Of a DNA stretch of 26,337 nt, positions 24,918-26,337 are shown piece after piece. The number at the start of each line of letters is the position of its first letter. The stretch's first letter is position 1. This DNA comes from Minisyncoccota bacterium. Its GTDB lineage: Bacteria > Patescibacteriota > Minisyncoccia > Phycocordibacterales > UBA9973. A program made the translations under genes and the position numbers. The stretch covers positions 1 through 26,337 of the forward strand of contig JAGNZX010000001.1 of NCBI GenBank assembly GCA_017984185.1, in the 5' to 3' direction. The notes under the pieces were generated by a model that had not been told where the DNA came from, ran no database searches, and saw nothing but the letters and a program-made list of their open reading frames with translations.

Positions 24918-24958
24918 ATGTTAGCACGGCTTGAAAAAGTTTGCAATTCATATATACT
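24918..24958. promoter_or_regulatory. Overlapping divergent promoters for the pyr operon and clpP
   Basis: Minus: TTGCAA (24941-24946), N17, TAACAT (24918-24923). Plus: TTGAAA (24931-24936), N16, TATACT (24953-24958), which lies 6 nt before the clpP ATG. Confidence 0.6.
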
Positions 24959-24964
24959 TGGAGC

Positions 24965-25570
24965 ATGTTAATACCCACAGTTATTGAAAAAAGTCAGTTT
25001 GGTGAGCGAGCTTATGATATTTACTCAAGGCTTTTGCGTGAACGTATTATATTTTTAGCTGGCCCCATAGACGACCACACAGCAAATATCGTCATAGCTC
25101 AACTTCTATTCTTGGAATCCGAAGATTCAAAGAAAGATATTTACTTATATGTAAACTCCCCAGGCGGATCAGTCACCGCAACTATGGCTATTGTCGACAC
25201 AATGAACCATGTTCGCCCAGATGTAGCTACTTTCTGTGTTGGTATTGCTGCTTCCGGTGGAGCAATAGTCCTTTCGTCTGGCAAAAAGGGTAAAAGATTC
25301 ATTTTACCAAACGCTGAAGTCATGATTCACCAACCCCTAGGTGGCGTCGAAGGTCAAGCCACCGACATAGCAATTACTGCCAAGCATATCTTGAAAACTC
25401 GTGACAATCTAAACAAGCTTTTAGCTAAAAACACTGGAAAAGCCCTATCTCAGGTAGAAAAAGACGTTGAAAGAGACTTTTTTATGGACGCTGAAGAATC
25501 TAAAAAATACGGTATTATCGACGAAATTGTGACCAAATCCAAGGCTCCAGTGGTTGACAAAAAGGCCTAA
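24965..25570 (+). CDS. clpP: ATP-dependent Clp protease proteolytic subunit
   Basis: [34 protein letters not shown] (catalytic Ser), VMIHQPLGG (His) and [10 protein letters not shown] (Asp). Start moved to ATG 24965 (MLIPTVIE). Confidence 0.97.
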   Translation: MLIPTVIEKSQFGERAYDIYSRLLRERIIFLAGPIDDHTANIVIAQLLFLESEDSKKDIYLYVNSPGGSVTATMAIVDTMNHVRPDVATFCVGIAASGGAIVLSSGKKGKRFILPNAEVMIHQPLGGVEGQATDIAITAKHILKTRDNLNKLLAKNTGKALSQVEKDVERDFFMDAEESKKYGIIDEIVTKSKAPVVDKKA

Positions 25571-25579
25571 ATTTCAAGA

Positions 25580-25608
25580 TAGACAAAACCCAAACTATTT
25601 GTTATACT
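25580..25608 (+). promoter_or_regulatory. Promoter upstream of the structured spacer and rny
   Basis: TAGACA (25580-25585), 17 nt ending in TGt, TATACT (25603-25608). Confidence 0.6.
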
Positions 25609-25614
25609 AAAAAC

Positions 25615-25790
25615 GTTGAATTTTAAAAATTTATTTCGTTTATTTAACGTTGGTCTTAAGGGAATGTACCATATATTATGAAGTCTTCAAGCGAAAATAT
25701 TAAGGATAGTTTCAAAAAAATAACTTCAGTCTTCACTTCTAGGAAAATTAAACTAGATATATAGTGGCACGTTCTTGTGAGCTGACACAA
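25615..25790 (+). ncRNA. Structured RNA: candidate 6S RNA or rny 5' leader
   Basis: About 175 nt with no good ORF. A long irregular stem pairs 25649-25676 with 25759-25786 (gggaatgtacca/tggcacgttctt; tatat/atata), with smaller hairpins at 25615-25648 and 25738-25757. It sits directly before rny. Confidence 0.4.
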
Positions 25791-25795
25791 AGCTT

Positions 25796-26337
25796 ATGAG
25801 TACACTAACAATAATTCTAATAGGATCCGGGGTTCTACTCCTTGGTATTTTAGTTGGATATTATCTTCGTTTTATCGTCGCCCTTGGCAAGCGTCGATCG
25901 ATCGAAATCGATATCAAACAAATGATGGTCAGCGCCAAAGAAGAATCTCAGCGTATACTAGATGAAGCCAAGAAAAAATCTGAGGAGCAATTAAATGCTT
26001 CTCGAGAAGAAGAAAAAAAGAAGGGTCAGGAGTTGAAAGAAACCGAGAAAAGACTTATCAAAAAAGATGAGTTTTTAGACGCGCGTCAGATGGAGATCAA
26101 CAAAGAAGTCGAGAATATTAAATTAAAGGTTGATGAGATAAAAAAAATCCAAGAAAAAGTATTAAAGATTGAAGCTGAAAAAATCACCGAACTAGAGAGA
26201 GTGGCCAAGCTTTCTGAAGTACAAGCTAAAGATGAATTATTAAAAGATATTGAAAGAAAATACGAAGAAGATATCTTGATAAAAATCCAAAAACTCGAAA
26301 ATTCTAATGAAGAAAAATTGGAAACTAGGGCTCGGGA
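25796..26337 (+). CDS. rny: Ribonuclease Y, N-terminal part (runs off the window)
   Basis: Translated by hand: N-terminal TM (IILIGSGVLLLGILVGYYL), then coiled coil AKEESQRILDEAK...EKRLIKKDEFLD...LERVAKLSEVQAKDELL...LETRAR typical of the RNase Y N-terminus. The KH and HD domains lie beyond the window. Confidence 0.85.
   Translation, partial: MSTLTIILIGSGVLLLGILVGYYLRFIVALGKRRSIEIDIKQMMVSAKEESQRILDEAKKKSEEQLNASREEEKKKGQELKETEKRLIKKDEFLDARQMEINKEVENIKLKVDEIKKIQEKVLKIEAEKITELERVAKLSEVQAKDELLKDIERKYEEDILIKIQKLENSNEEKLETRAR

Noticed and set aside
1395-24964. Longer ORF-track starts for HIT (1395), pilB (10912), nusA (14095), carA (23587) and clpP (24941)
   Set aside because: The extensions cover promoters, hairpins or neighbouring genes and precede the family-typical N-termini. 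The 64-aa ORF from 24978 was likewise trimmed to ATG 24909, downstream of the predicted promoter.
17657-25323. Numerous short ORF-track entries antisense or out of frame within tig, pyrB, carB, carA, pyrC and clpP
   Set aside because: They are fully nested in well-supported genes and have no motifs or independent start signals.
25616-25681. 21-codon TTG-initiated uORF in the rny leader (LNFKNLFRLFNVGLKGMYHIL)
   Set aside because: Leaderless starts are almost always AUG and the ORF is short enough to be chance; it cannot be supported without conservation data.
1-26337. Recoded TGA (genetic code 25), pseudogenes or frameshifts
   Set aside because: Known proteins are full length under code 11 and TGA acts as a stop at 5635-5637 (ATGA overlap). 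recJ and rny are cut only by the window edges.
1-26337. CRISPR array, tRNA, rRNA, IS element, prophage or diversity-generating retroelement
   Set aside because: No regularly spaced direct repeats, cloverleaf, transposase, integrase or reverse transcriptase was recognised; each hairpin occurs once.

Overview
Low-GC chromosomal window, most consistent with a Patescibacteria (CPR, Parcubacteria-like) genome. The taxonomy is an inference from gene content and protein style, and the window uses the standard code with TGA as stop. Gene order: recJ (5' part only, minus) | HIT hydrolase | pgk-tpiA (minus) | three minor-pilin genes (PilV/GspI-, PilW/GspJ- and PilX/GspK-like) | convergent pilB-pilC-coiled-coil block | 819-aa secreted Cys-rich multidomain surface protein | ~61% GC foreign-looking lipoprotein cassette | nusA-ppa-two secreted/membrane hypotheticals-tig | opposite-strand pyrC-carA-carB-pyrB operon lying between tig and clpP | clpP | ~175-nt structured spacer | rny (5' part only). 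Most notable: (1) a pyrBI-like leader-peptide/terminator attenuator in front of a CAD-type pyrimidine operon; (2) an ~83-bp palindromic element translated in frame inside recJ; (3) a -10 box 6-8 nt before the ATG of about ten genes, implying largely leaderless mRNAs; (4) a hairpin-bounded GC-rich cassette with a perfect Shine-Dalgarno; (5) a type IV pilus tip/adhesin module with unusual fusions and C-terminal motifs. No rRNA, tRNA, CRISPR array or transposase was seen.
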